Source: Candidatus Poseidoniales archaeon
GTDB taxonomy: Archaea; Thermoplasmatota; Poseidoniia; Poseidoniales; Thalassarchaeaceae
Reading direction: 5' to 3'
Length of the DNA: 60,394 bases
Assembly: GCA_003602515.1 (NCBI GenBank)
Contig: QQSB01000062.1
Location: 927-61,320, forward strand
Shown piece after piece: positions 19,819 through 29,600 of this stretch. Both the position numbers and the translations under genes were made by a program. Position 1 is the first letter of the stretch. The number at the start of each line of letters is the position of its first letter. Below the pieces are notes generated by a model. The model saw only the letters and a list, made by a program, of their open reading frames with translations. It searched no databases and had not been told where the DNA came from.

Positions 19819-21813
19819 ATGTCGGAAGGATTGTGGCCGCCAAAGGATATCAGTCTGAGTCCTGGAAAGAGGGTTCTATTCCTGACAAAGGACCTTGATT
19901 TGATTCGGAAGCAACTCTACGATGGATTGGATCTCAGGATGGAAAACTTATCTGTTGACGATCTTCTAGACGACATCAACACCGATGTGATGACCCCGGC
20001 ATGGGTCTGTTTTGATCATGAGCCAGCAATGATTGCTGAGAATGCATATGCTGGATTGATGCATGAAGGGAGCAGAGTCTTCCAGCCTCGTGCTTTGATT
20101 GATGGCGGGTTCGAAGTAATTGTATCAGGACACAGGAAGGGGACCGGGTCCAGTAGAGAAACCGCGCCACAATGTGAGAGATGGTCAGGAATCAGAATTG
20201 TGATCGCTGCTTCTTTTGCTCCCATTCACGAGAGGAACAATCTGAATCTAGGTCAGTTAATGGGCGATCATTCGATGCTAATCAGGCTCCAGAACGACGA
20301 GAGCATCCCCCTGTCCGAGTTCACTGAGAAGTACGATCCGGTAAGTAGTCTGATACTCGAGAATGGGGGGATACTTCCCTTTGCTAAGAGGTTAAAGGAG
20401 GGTGTAGTGGAATTACCTGAATTCAGTACACAAGAGCGCCCCATGACTATGATCGAGAAGTTGGTCTCTAACAAGCTCCTAGGAACGAATGGAAAGAAGA
20501 GGTTCGTCAAGCCTGGAGACGCAGTACTAGCTCAAGTCGATGGGGGATACTCCCATGAGTTCACAACAGCTCAGGTCCACACGTTCCTGTCAGACGAGTA
20601 TGGCGAGGATTACGAAATTCCTAGTCCCTCCAAATTTGCCGTTTTTGAGGACCATCTGCTATATGCTACCGGTGTACCTAGATTCGGAAAATTCACTGAC
20701 AAGATCCAGACTCTGAGAGATATGCAGAACTCTTTCCAAGAGCATACTGGAGTGCGGGACTACTCAGCGAAAGATGGGGTTAGTCCGGGTATATGTCATC
20801 AAGTAGCTCGTGAGGAATTCATAGATGTAGGCGATTTCATCCAGGCCACAGATTCGCATACTTGTATGGGAGGAGCATCAAATTCGCTAGCATATGGGGT
20901 AGGTTCGACTGAGTATGCTAATCTGATTCATAATCAATTTGCATTTGTCAATGTCCCCGAGAGTATTCGCTTCGAATTAATCGGGGAGCTTGATCCAGGT
21001 TGCACTGCAAAGGATGTGATTCTGCATATACTGTGGCGATTTGCTGCGGAATCAGAGACCTTGGACATGAGTATGGAATTCGGTGGGGAGGGTTTAGCGA
21101 GCCTTTCCATGGATGAGAGGGCAACTCTTTGCAATATGGCTACCGAATGTAGCGCTAAGACTGGGATTTGTGAAGCTGACGAAATTACCGTAGACTGGTT
21201 GATTTCTCGTAGAGAAGATCTCGATGCTGCATCAATTAGACGAGATTTTGTTTTACCAGATTTCGGAGCTGTGTATGGAGGGGGGGTTCACGAAATTGAT
21301 CTATCTCAGATTAGGCCAATGGTTGCTCATCCGGGTAGCCCCGACGAGGGAGTTCCCTCAGATCCAACAAATGGTGCCTACATTGACGATATCGGGGATG
21401 TTGCAATCGATATTGCCTATGCTGGTTCGTGCACAGCAGGCAAGGATGACGATTTCTCGTACTACGCTATGGTTTGCGAAGCTGCACTAGATTCGGGACT
21501 CGTTGTTTCGGATAGTGTAGATTGCTATATCCAGTTCGGATCAAAGTCTGTGAAGGAGCTGTCAATGACCATGGGGTGGACTGAAACTTTCGAGAGAGCG
21601 GGTGTGAAACTAATAGATCCAGGATGTGGAGCTTGCATAGGAGCAGGGCCAGGGGTGAGTGATGATCCCGAACAGGTTACTGTCTCGGCGATAAATAGGA
21701 ATTTCCAGGGCCGTTCAGGCCCGGGAAAGCTGTACCTCGCAAGTCCTCTGACAGTAATGACCAGTGCCTTCACTGGGAAAATAACTGCATGGCATCCTGA
21801 GGTTTTCCTCTGA
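19819..21813 (+). CDS. Aconitase-family [4Fe-4S] hydratase, fused with LeuD-like swivel domain N-terminal and LeuC-like domain C-terminal
   Basis: N-half DDINTD, GTGSSRE, AASFA.IH..N..N.G; C-half GICHQ, DSHTC, GSCT, PGCGACIG, NRNFQGR, YLASP. Confidence 0.9.
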   Translation: MSEGLWPPKDISLSPGKRVLFLTKDLDLIRKQLYDGLDLRMENLSVDDLLDDINTDVMTPAWVCFDHEPAMIAENAYAGLMHEGSRVFQPRALIDGGFEVIVSGHRKGTGSSRETAPQCERWSGIRIVIAASFAPIHERNNLNLGQLMGDHSMLIRLQNDESIPLSEFTEKYDPVSSLILENGGILPFAKRLKEGVVELPEFSTQERPMTMIEKLVSNKLLGTNGKKRFVKPGDAVLAQVDGGYSHEFTTAQVHTFLSDEYGEDYEIPSPSKFAVFEDHLLYATGVPRFGKFTDKIQTLRDMQNSFQEHTGVRDYSAKDGVSPGICHQVAREEFIDVGDFIQATDSHTCMGGASNSLAYGVGSTEYANLIHNQFAFVNVPESIRFELIGELDPGCTAKDVILHILWRFAAESETLDMSMEFGGEGLASLSMDERATLCNMATECSAKTGICEADEITVDWLISRREDLDAASIRRDFVLPDFGAVYGGGVHEIDLSQIRPMVAHPGSPDEGVPSDPTNGAYIDDIGDVAIDIAYAGSCTAGKDDDFSYYAMVCEAALDSGLVVSDSVDCYIQFGSKSVKELSMTMGWTETFERAGVKLIDPGCGACIGAGPGVSDDPEQVTVSAINRNFQGRSGPGKLYLASPLTVMTSAFTGKITAWHPEVFL

Positions 21814-21931
21814 AACGAGTGACTACGCCTAGAGCTTGGGGCATTGTTCAATAGCGGTCTCGTGGCGGCCATAGGCTACCTTGCAAGCCCCTAGTCATTC
21901 GGACAAGGGAGGACTTGGTGGTGGTGGATGA

Positions 21932-24016
21932 ATGGACCCTGCAGAAAGACTCTCTAGCAAACAAAAGCAGATTTCAATTAGCGAGTTCTTCGAGAAGAAC
22001 AAACATTTCCTGGGATTCGATACCCTTCAGAGATCTATCATCACAGCAGTAAAGGAATCAGTGGATAACTCTCTAGATGCTTGTGAGGAGGCAAGGATAC
22101 TCCCTGAGATAAATGTGGAAATAAACAGAATGAAGGGAGACCGCCTGAGGCTGATTACGCAAGATAATGGTCCAGGAATACCCAGGGAGGACATCGAGAA
22201 TGTATTTGGAAAGTTTCTACTTGGATCGAGGTTCCATGCAATCAGACAAACCAGAGGTCAGCAAGGAATTGGTATCACTGGAGTCGTGATGTATAGTCAA
22301 TTGACTGCGGGTTCGAAGACAAAGGTGGTGTCCAAGATTGCCAAGGACTCATCTGCGGTTTTCGTTGAATTAGGTATTGACACAAGGAGGAATCGAGCAA
22401 TAAAATCAGGCGAAACCAGGGATACATGGTTGGATGAGAAAACAAAGGAGAGCATTTCTCATGGATTAAGGGTAGAGTGCGAAATGAGAGCAAAGTACCA
22501 GAGAGGGAGGCAGTCTGTTCACCAGTACCTTCGGATGACTTCAATTGTAAATCCTCATGCAAGTATCTCTCTGGTGGTCCGAGATAGAGATGGGAGTATT
22601 ATCGAAGAGGGCGCCTGGCAAAGGACTACTGAGAGGTTGCCACGTGAAGTTAGCGAGATACGCCCCCATCCACATGGAATACAGCTGGGATCTCTTCAGA
22701 GGATGTTGAAAGAGTCTGAAGAGAGGAAAATGACTTCTTTTCTCAGACACAATTTCTCTGGAGTGAGTATGAGGGCAGCGCGGGAAATCCTTGCAGCAGC
22801 GGGATTGGACGAAGGAAGGAGTCCAAAGCGGATATCGTCAGACGATGCACAGGGAATGGTATCGGCCTTCAGGAAAGTCAAACTACTATCCCCACCAACT
22901 GATTGTCTTTCTCCAATAGAGGACTTGCTGATCAAAAAGGGACTGTCGAAAGCCATAGACTCTCGTTTCGCATCGACCATCACTAGGGGTCCCAAGGTTA
23001 CCCAAGGGAACCCATTTCAAATTGAAGTTGGGTTAGTGTTTGGAGGGAATCTTAGTGCAGACGGGCCAATAGAAGTTCTACGGTTCGCAAATAGAGTCCC
23101 CTTGATGTATCAACAGGGAGGTTGTCTCCTAACAAAGGGCCTCGAGGCCGTCGATTGGAAGAGGTACGGGTTGGATCATCCTGGGGGGAAGGGCATTCCC
23201 AAGGGTCCTGCGGCGGTCCTAATCCACCTTGCATCAACAAATGTGCAATTCACTAGCGAGGCAAAGGAGGCTGTTTCAGATAATGAAGAGGTTTTCGAGG
23301 AGATTAGACTAGCCATGCTAGAGGTTGGCAGAGGTCTGAAAGGTCATCTGAAGAAGAGTTCGCAGAGGAAGAAGGCCAGAGAGAAGTTCGAGCTCATTAA
23401 CATAATTCTCCCGGAAATTTCGAAGAAGTCTTCGGAATTACTATCGAGAGAGGAGCCGGATTTAGCCCCAATAATTACGAAGATAATGGATGCTGTATTC
23501 TGTGAGGAGGAGTTAGGTTGGGATGCTGAGAGGAAGATTGCCACTTGCTCAATTACAATTTACAACTATACGGCCAGAGCAAGGGCGTATACGATACTAG
23601 CCAAATGGCCTGAAAGTGAGGAGACGTCGATAGTAGAAAACGCCCTTGGAGGAAAAAAACAGGCGAATGGTCTCTGGGCTTGGAGGCTGGACACACTAAA
23701 TCCTGGCTCTGCTACGACAATTCACTTCGGTGTCTCAGGCCTTAGAAAGGGAGAATGGAGTGATGCGGAGATTTTCTACAGAGGCAACGGGGAAGTTATC
23801 GGAGCGACCAAGATCGACGAGAAGCTGCTTGAGGAATTAAGGAAATCAGAGGCACTAGAGGCTGCAGAATCAGAGTTCCAGAATCCTGTAGAGCCGATTT
23901 CTCAACTTAAGGAAAGAGCGGAACAGAGTGAGGTTTCGCAACCCTTGTCTCTGGAGGGCGGGCAGACAAGCCTGTTTGGTAACTTCTCAACTAATGATGC
24001 GGAGGAAGTTGAATGA
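21932..24016 (+). CDS. top6B: DNA topoisomerase VI subunit B
   Basis: EFFEKNKHFLGF, KESVDNSLDACE, DNGPGI, RGQQGIGI, RFANRVPL, FTSEAKE. Confidence 0.97.
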   Translation: MDPAERLSSKQKQISISEFFEKNKHFLGFDTLQRSIITAVKESVDNSLDACEEARILPEINVEINRMKGDRLRLITQDNGPGIPREDIENVFGKFLLGSRFHAIRQTRGQQGIGITGVVMYSQLTAGSKTKVVSKIAKDSSAVFVELGIDTRRNRAIKSGETRDTWLDEKTKESISHGLRVECEMRAKYQRGRQSVHQYLRMTSIVNPHASISLVVRDRDGSIIEEGAWQRTTERLPREVSEIRPHPHGIQLGSLQRMLKESEERKMTSFLRHNFSGVSMRAAREILAAAGLDEGRSPKRISSDDAQGMVSAFRKVKLLSPPTDCLSPIEDLLIKKGLSKAIDSRFASTITRGPKVTQGNPFQIEVGLVFGGNLSADGPIEVLRFANRVPLMYQQGGCLLTKGLEAVDWKRYGLDHPGGKGIPKGPAAVLIHLASTNVQFTSEAKEAVSDNEEVFEEIRLAMLEVGRGLKGHLKKSSQRKKAREKFELINIILPEISKKSSELLSREEPDLAPIITKIMDAVFCEEELGWDAERKIATCSITIYNYTARARAYTILAKWPESEETSIVENALGGKKQANGLWAWRLDTLNPGSATTIHFGVSGLRKGEWSDAEIFYRGNGEVIGATKIDEKLLEELRKSEALEAAESEFQNPVEPISQLKERAEQSEVSQPLSLEGGQTSLFGNFSTNDAEEVE

Positions 24017-25119
24017 CGATTGATAGACAGAAGACGAAGGAGGAGGTGGTCGATGCATTGCATGGGGTCGCCTCAGAGATGCATGACAAGATGTTGAAGG
24101 GGAACCCCCCGACAATGACCCTTCCTGTGAGATCGAAGTCGAACATCGGATTCGACAAGAATCTGGGAGTGTACAAGTATGGCAAGAAGAAGACGATTAG
24201 GGATGCAACCTCCCTAGGTTCGGCCCGACAACTGCTGAGGGCCCTACACATCACAGAATTCGTGGAAGGTATGATTTCCGATGGAAAGACGTCCACACTT
24301 AGGGAGATGTACTACATCTCTGAGGGATGGGGGCACGGAAAGTTCTCGAGTCAGAATGAGAGCAATGGCGTCTCAGAAGACTTGGAAATTGTTACTAAAT
24401 GCCTGAGAGAGGACTTCGGGCTTAGACCCGAAGAGGACGGAGCTCGAATAATTGGCAACGTGACCTTCGAAGAGAGGAATCGCAAAGGTGACTGGATGAG
24501 GATTAACTGTCGTGACGATGTTGGCGATTCCGGTTACGGAGTGCCATACAACGTGGAGTCTGAGAAGTTACGTATGATCGACGAGGACATAGACTTCGTC
24601 ATGGCAATTGAGACGGGCGGGATGTTCGACAGGCTCGTGGAGAATGGTTTCGATGAGGAGGCAAGATGCGCGTTAGTTCATCTGAAGGGACAACCAGCTA
24701 GATCGACTAGGAGGATAATGAGGAGGATGAGCGATCAGTGGAACAAGCCGATTATGGTATTCGCAGATTGCGATCCATGGTCATTTAGGATTTATGCAAG
24801 CATAGCTTATGGGGCGATAAAAACGGCCCATATCTCTGAGTACTTGGCGACGAAGGAAGCGACCTATCTGGGAATCACCGCAGATGATATCCTGGCCTAT
24901 GACCTCCCAAGCGACGATTTGACTAAGCAAGATCTGAATGCTTTGAATGCAGAGCTCAGTGATCCCAGGTTTGCAACAGGTTGGTGGCAGGAGCAGATCC
25001 AGTTGATGCAGGAGATTGGTAAGAAGGCAGAGCAGCAGTCTCTTGCCAAGTACGGTCTAGACTTCGTTACTGACACCTACTTGCCGGAAAAGCTAGGGGC
25101 ACTGGGCTTCACATACTGA
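24013..25119 (+). CDS. top6A: DNA topoisomerase VI subunit A
   Basis: TLREMYY catalytic Tyr, IETGGMF, KGQPARSTR, D.DPW TOPRIM, KKAEQQ; ATGA overlap with top6B. Confidence 0.97.
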   Translation: MTIDRQKTKEEVVDALHGVASEMHDKMLKGNPPTMTLPVRSKSNIGFDKNLGVYKYGKKKTIRDATSLGSARQLLRALHITEFVEGMISDGKTSTLREMYYISEGWGHGKFSSQNESNGVSEDLEIVTKCLREDFGLRPEEDGARIIGNVTFEERNRKGDWMRINCRDDVGDSGYGVPYNVESEKLRMIDEDIDFVMAIETGGMFDRLVENGFDEEARCALVHLKGQPARSTRRIMRRMSDQWNKPIMVFADCDPWSFRIYASIAYGAIKTAHISEYLATKEATYLGITADDILAYDLPSDDLTKQDLNALNAELSDPRFATGWWQEQIQLMQEIGKKAEQQSLAKYGLDFVTDTYLPEKLGALGFTY

Positions 25120-25137
25120 AACAACCCTGATAGATGA

Positions 25138-25884
25138 ATGGCTGGAGGCGGGGTTGTGTCTGCAGCAAGGAGGAGATGGGCGCGTATTACAACCGCGTCA
25201 TCTGCGTTCCTCCTCCTGATAGCGGCAGTTTCTCTATGGCAGGTATCACCTGAATTACTCGATTCATACGATCCTGAGTCAAACAATCTTGTAAAATTGG
25301 GACCAGGGGAGTCGGTCACTTTCAGGATAGAGGAGTCAGCGATGGTTTCCGCTCTGAGGGTATCTGATGGTGGTACTCCAGATTCCGATCTCACTCTATT
25401 GGACGATCAGGGTTCCGAAGTGGAAGGAAGGGGGCCGGGCTTGAGGGATACTAACCGACTGGGTTCGAACGAGAGCACGGTCTACTCCCCGGTAAGGGTT
25501 TTCGAGAGCCTGGATGGCAACTACACACTGCAGAACCACGGTGATAGTGACCTTTGGCTAGTCGATGACGAGGGCTCTGCAAACAAATTACTTGGAAACA
25601 TCTGGATGTATCTTTTCTACATTGGGTGCTGCATCGGTTCTCCCATCGGACTGGTTGGGGTGGTTCTAGCCATCATGGTGTGGACGGACAAAAGAAAGAT
25701 GCCTGATCAATTCGTGATTATCGACAATGGAAGCGTGATTTTGGACGATATCCAGAATGAGGGTTCGATTATTGGGGACTCTGGAGTGGCTCCAAATCCA
25801 TTCACAGTGACTGAGGTTCAGACCTCAGAAATGCCCAAAGAGGAATCCGGCGATGAAACTTGGAAGCGGTGGGATGAAGGTTGA
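25138..25884 (+). CDS. Hypothetical membrane protein (2 TM helices flanking an extracellular domain)
   Basis: Hydrophobic segments at N-terminus and about aa 155-182 (FYIGCCIG...). Confidence 0.7.
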   Translation: MAGGGVVSAARRRWARITTASSAFLLLIAAVSLWQVSPELLDSYDPESNNLVKLGPGESVTFRIEESAMVSALRVSDGGTPDSDLTLLDDQGSEVEGRGPGLRDTNRLGSNESTVYSPVRVFESLDGNYTLQNHGDSDLWLVDDEGSANKLLGNIWMYLFYIGCCIGSPIGLVGVVLAIMVWTDKRKMPDQFVIIDNGSVILDDIQNEGSIIGDSGVAPNPFTVTEVQTSEMPKEESGDETWKRWDEG

Positions 25885-25961
25885 ATGGAATGCAAGCTTT
25901 CGTCATTAGCATCTAGATTGGGTTTTTAGAGGATGTTGACTACCCAACCTTGAGTTGGTAA

Positions 25962-26696
25962 GTGGTGGTAGGATTCGATGAGTCCCTCAGTATCTTAGAA
26001 AATCCAACAAGGAGGTCCATCCTAAGGCACTTGGTCAAAGAGCCCCACTACCCGCTTCAACTCTCTGAATTACTCGATGTAAGCCAACAGGCGGTAGTCA
26101 AACATCTGAAAGTCCTGGAGGAGGCTGGGTTCGTAGATTCTGAAATGAAGAAATCGGACAAAGGGGGGCCTCCGAAGAAGGTTTACCGAGTTAATCAGTC
26201 ATTTTCAATTCGATTGGACTTGGGGCCAGATTTGTTTAGGGCAGAGCATAGAAAGATGCCCAAGGGTATGCGATTATCGGGAAGCCTTCCAAGTGATCTA
26301 GAGAACGTGGTTGGGAGGATAGGAACAAGGAAGAACATCCCACTGGTAGACGCAATGGGTATTCTGTCAGAGTTGGATGCAGCTTTGGAGAGCGTGGACA
26401 GGCAGAGGGACTCCATAATTGCGCTACATCAGCAGGTAATGCACAAAGTATCCTCCAGTGTTGATGAGAGTTTCGAGTCATACGAGGAGAGACAGCTCGC
26501 ACACGCGATGATGAGGCATCCACGGCGCCCCTTGGACCTAGACGCATTCTCACAGGGAATGCGTATCCAGTCAATGCACGCTGAGAAGATGATGGATACC
26601 CTTAGAGATCGTCTTATGAGGGATTTCGCTACTAGTTCGGGAACCTTCGTTGCTGGAAGTGAGTCGATGCCTCTGCCTTGGTGGATGGCCAAGTAA
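25962..26696 (+). CDS. ArsR-family HTH transcriptional regulator with coiled-coil C-terminus
   Basis: LENPTRRSIL..L, LS..L.VSQQAVVKHLKVLE..G.V, GPPKKVY. Confidence 0.85.
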   Translation: MVVGFDESLSILENPTRRSILRHLVKEPHYPLQLSELLDVSQQAVVKHLKVLEEAGFVDSEMKKSDKGGPPKKVYRVNQSFSIRLDLGPDLFRAEHRKMPKGMRLSGSLPSDLENVVGRIGTRKNIPLVDAMGILSELDAALESVDRQRDSIIALHQQVMHKVSSSVDESFESYEERQLAHAMMRHPRRPLDLDAFSQGMRIQSMHAEKMMDTLRDRLMRDFATSSGTFVAGSESMPLPWWMAK

Positions 26697-26697
26697 A

Positions 26698-29600
26698 TCA
26701 GAAGACGATGTCGTCGTCGTCAGACCCGGGGAGAAGGCTGCTCAGTTCAGAGAACCTTGCTAGGGCCTCCACTCTTCTGCCCCAAATGACGTAGCCTGCA
26801 ACTCCGAAGAGGGAGAAGGTTGCTCCGATGATTATTGTTGGGACTGCATACCTGACGACTAGTTCCCTTCCGACATCGAGTGATCCCAAAGGCGATTTCA
26901 TGTTCCCAATCCTCTCGATGTTGTTGTTCTCATCGGTCTCTACGATGTTGTTATCCGGGTCCACTACCACCACAATGTCGTGATTCCCTGGCTCGACCAT
27001 GTACAGCAGGGTAATTGGATCAGACAAGTCGGTATCCGACTGGCCGATGGGCATGATGGCATTGACAATCTGCCTGTACACGATATTCTCTTCTTTGCAT
27101 CCGTTCCTCTTGATGTCCGACTCTGACTGGTCCTTGCACAGGATTATGTTAACATCGGTGGCATGGGCGTTACCCCTGTTTGTGATGAAAACGTTGATCG
27201 AGAGCATTTCCCCGATAGCGGCCTCCTTTACTGGAGCAACTACGCTCTCAAGGACTAGGTCTGGGGCTCTAAGTCTCATCTCGAGAATCTGTTCGTTGGT
27301 ATCGCAATCCGGAGGGAGGTTGTCTGGGATACCATCTGAATTGCTATCCATAGTACAGGAGTCAGTCCAAACTTCTGTCTCATCGAAGTCCCCGCCTTGG
27401 TCGGAGGACCCATGCATAGATAGCGTCTTGATTCCCAAGTTTCTATCAGTCAGTGAAGCGTCAGGGGCGACTGTGACGATTACCACCAGCTGCAGCGTAG
27501 TGTACGGTTGCATCATTGGGAGAGTTACTGTGTTAGCAGCAGTAACATAGCAGTAATCCGGACCTTCCCCCTGTGACAACTGTTGAGTTATTTGGTTCTC
27601 TTCTTCCACGGTAAGTTCCACACATGGCTTCTCCAATGGAAATTCGGTACCGAATCCTTCCAGTAGGGCGTAATCGATTTCCCAGGTACTCAGGGAACCA
27701 AGGCCTGGTCTTACTGACCAGGCAGTTGTTACATCGTCATAGGTGTGGTTGTGTATCGTCGGTTGGTCCTCGACATTACCGAAATTGGATACGTTCAGTG
27801 TGTATCTGACGATTCTACTTGGAGCAGTTGTCTTAATCTTGCTCTCAACCGTTGGATCCAGCGAGATTTGCATATCATGGAATTCTATTATAGTGGCTCT
27901 AATTACTATCTGGTCTTGGACCTTAGTTCCCTCACACGGGTCCTCGGTGCATGGGAATGGCTCCTCGCTCAGTACGTTGAACGTGATTGTGTACTCTCCT
28001 GCTAGAGTCTGCACAGGGACATTGATGAAAATTGGGACCGTCTGAGCCTCATCCCTATTCAATTCCTCGAACAGTATCCTGGGGATATCCATATCCCATA
28101 CATGTGCCCCGCCTTGGCTATCTACAATTGACTCAATGGTGATATCGTACCTGTCCTGACCATTCCCCAGATTGGAAACTGTTGTGTTCATCTGATATGA
28201 TTGTCCTGGGTAAAGGTCGACGATAGTGTCTGGGACACTCGACTCGAGTTCGTACCTCTGGACCACATTCGTCAGAATCAGGACGGAGTCTCGTACCTTT
28301 GGAGTGCCGTCCAGATGAGCTCGTACGGTGATTGATTCCCCTATCCCTGCGGTTGCATTGAATGGGGAGCACATCTCTGCACTGACGGTGTAGGTGGTTC
28401 CGACCTGGGCCCAGTAAATGTCCTGATCTGATGAGGATGGGCTGCCTGGCCACTCAGAGAAGTCCAGGTCTACTGTCCAATGATCGAATCTCCAGGAGTT
28501 GAGGTCAGCATCTGCAGGCCTTTCCATCGGGGCGCCCGGAGTTGTGAACACGATGTGCCCAGGAGTGAAGTATTTGTTCACTTGAATTGGGAAACTAGCG
28601 CATTCTCCCGGTAGAACGTACAACTTCGTATCGCCGATATCGAAGACAATGTTCCCTGTGGTCCTGATTGAGACATTTATCCACAGTTCTAGAACGTCAA
28701 ACGTCCCTCTATCGACAGATAAGACCGGTTCACCTGTGGACCAGCCCTTCAGATAGATTGCGAATGTTCCTGGGTCCTGGGTCTCGGGGACACTGACCTT
28801 GAGATTTCTAGTCACGGACTGTCCGGGATCAAGGGAAATACGGAGCGGGAAGTCTATTCCCCATCCGAATGGCAATGCCCACTCATTCTGACCCTCCAAA
28901 GTAGCTGGGTCGTAGAATGCGAATGTGTCATACACGTTTCCGGTGTTCTTGATTGAGATCGAGAATACAGCTGACTTGCCTTGCTCGACGTCTACTTGGA
29001 AGTGGCTAGTATCTAGTTCGATTCCATGAACTACATCCATCAAAGTCAGAAGGGTGAGTTTGTTTCGAATTGCAGGATCCTTTGCAGAAGTCGCAATTAT
29101 GCTTATTTGAGCCAATTCGTCGTCCTTAGCTTGGTAAATCGTCGGAGTTCTGACTCGCAGATATAGTGGATCGATGGCTCCGCCATCTAGGAAAACAGGA
29201 GTGGAGTCAAATATCGGGGTATTATTGGTCATGTAGAAAAGAGTGGCTGTCCAATTATTTGGAATCCCCTCCATGGTTACAGTGAACGTGTCCCTAACCA
29301 GCTCGGCCGGCCCAGGAGTCGGGTTCGCGATTGTGATGTTGAAGGTTGTAAGTTCGCCGGGTTGGATAGTGTGGTAGAACGTCTCAGCGTCTGTGGGACA
29401 TTCGTATGGGTACCCCTCTATGTTTGCATTTGTTTTGATTTTGTCATCACAGGCTAGCGACAGATCGACCAGCCCGGTGAGTACGTGAACATAGCATAGA
29501 GTCCACTTGTTTGCATTGGAGCCCTCCCAGTCGCATCTCTTGTCGGACCAGCCAATGTGCGCACCGCTACCGAGATCATTTGCAAACGCAGGAGGCATGC

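Noticed and set aside
23500-24016. C-terminal extension of Top6B as a novelty
   Set aside because: An Ig-like C-terminal domain is already known in some euryarchaeal Top6B proteins
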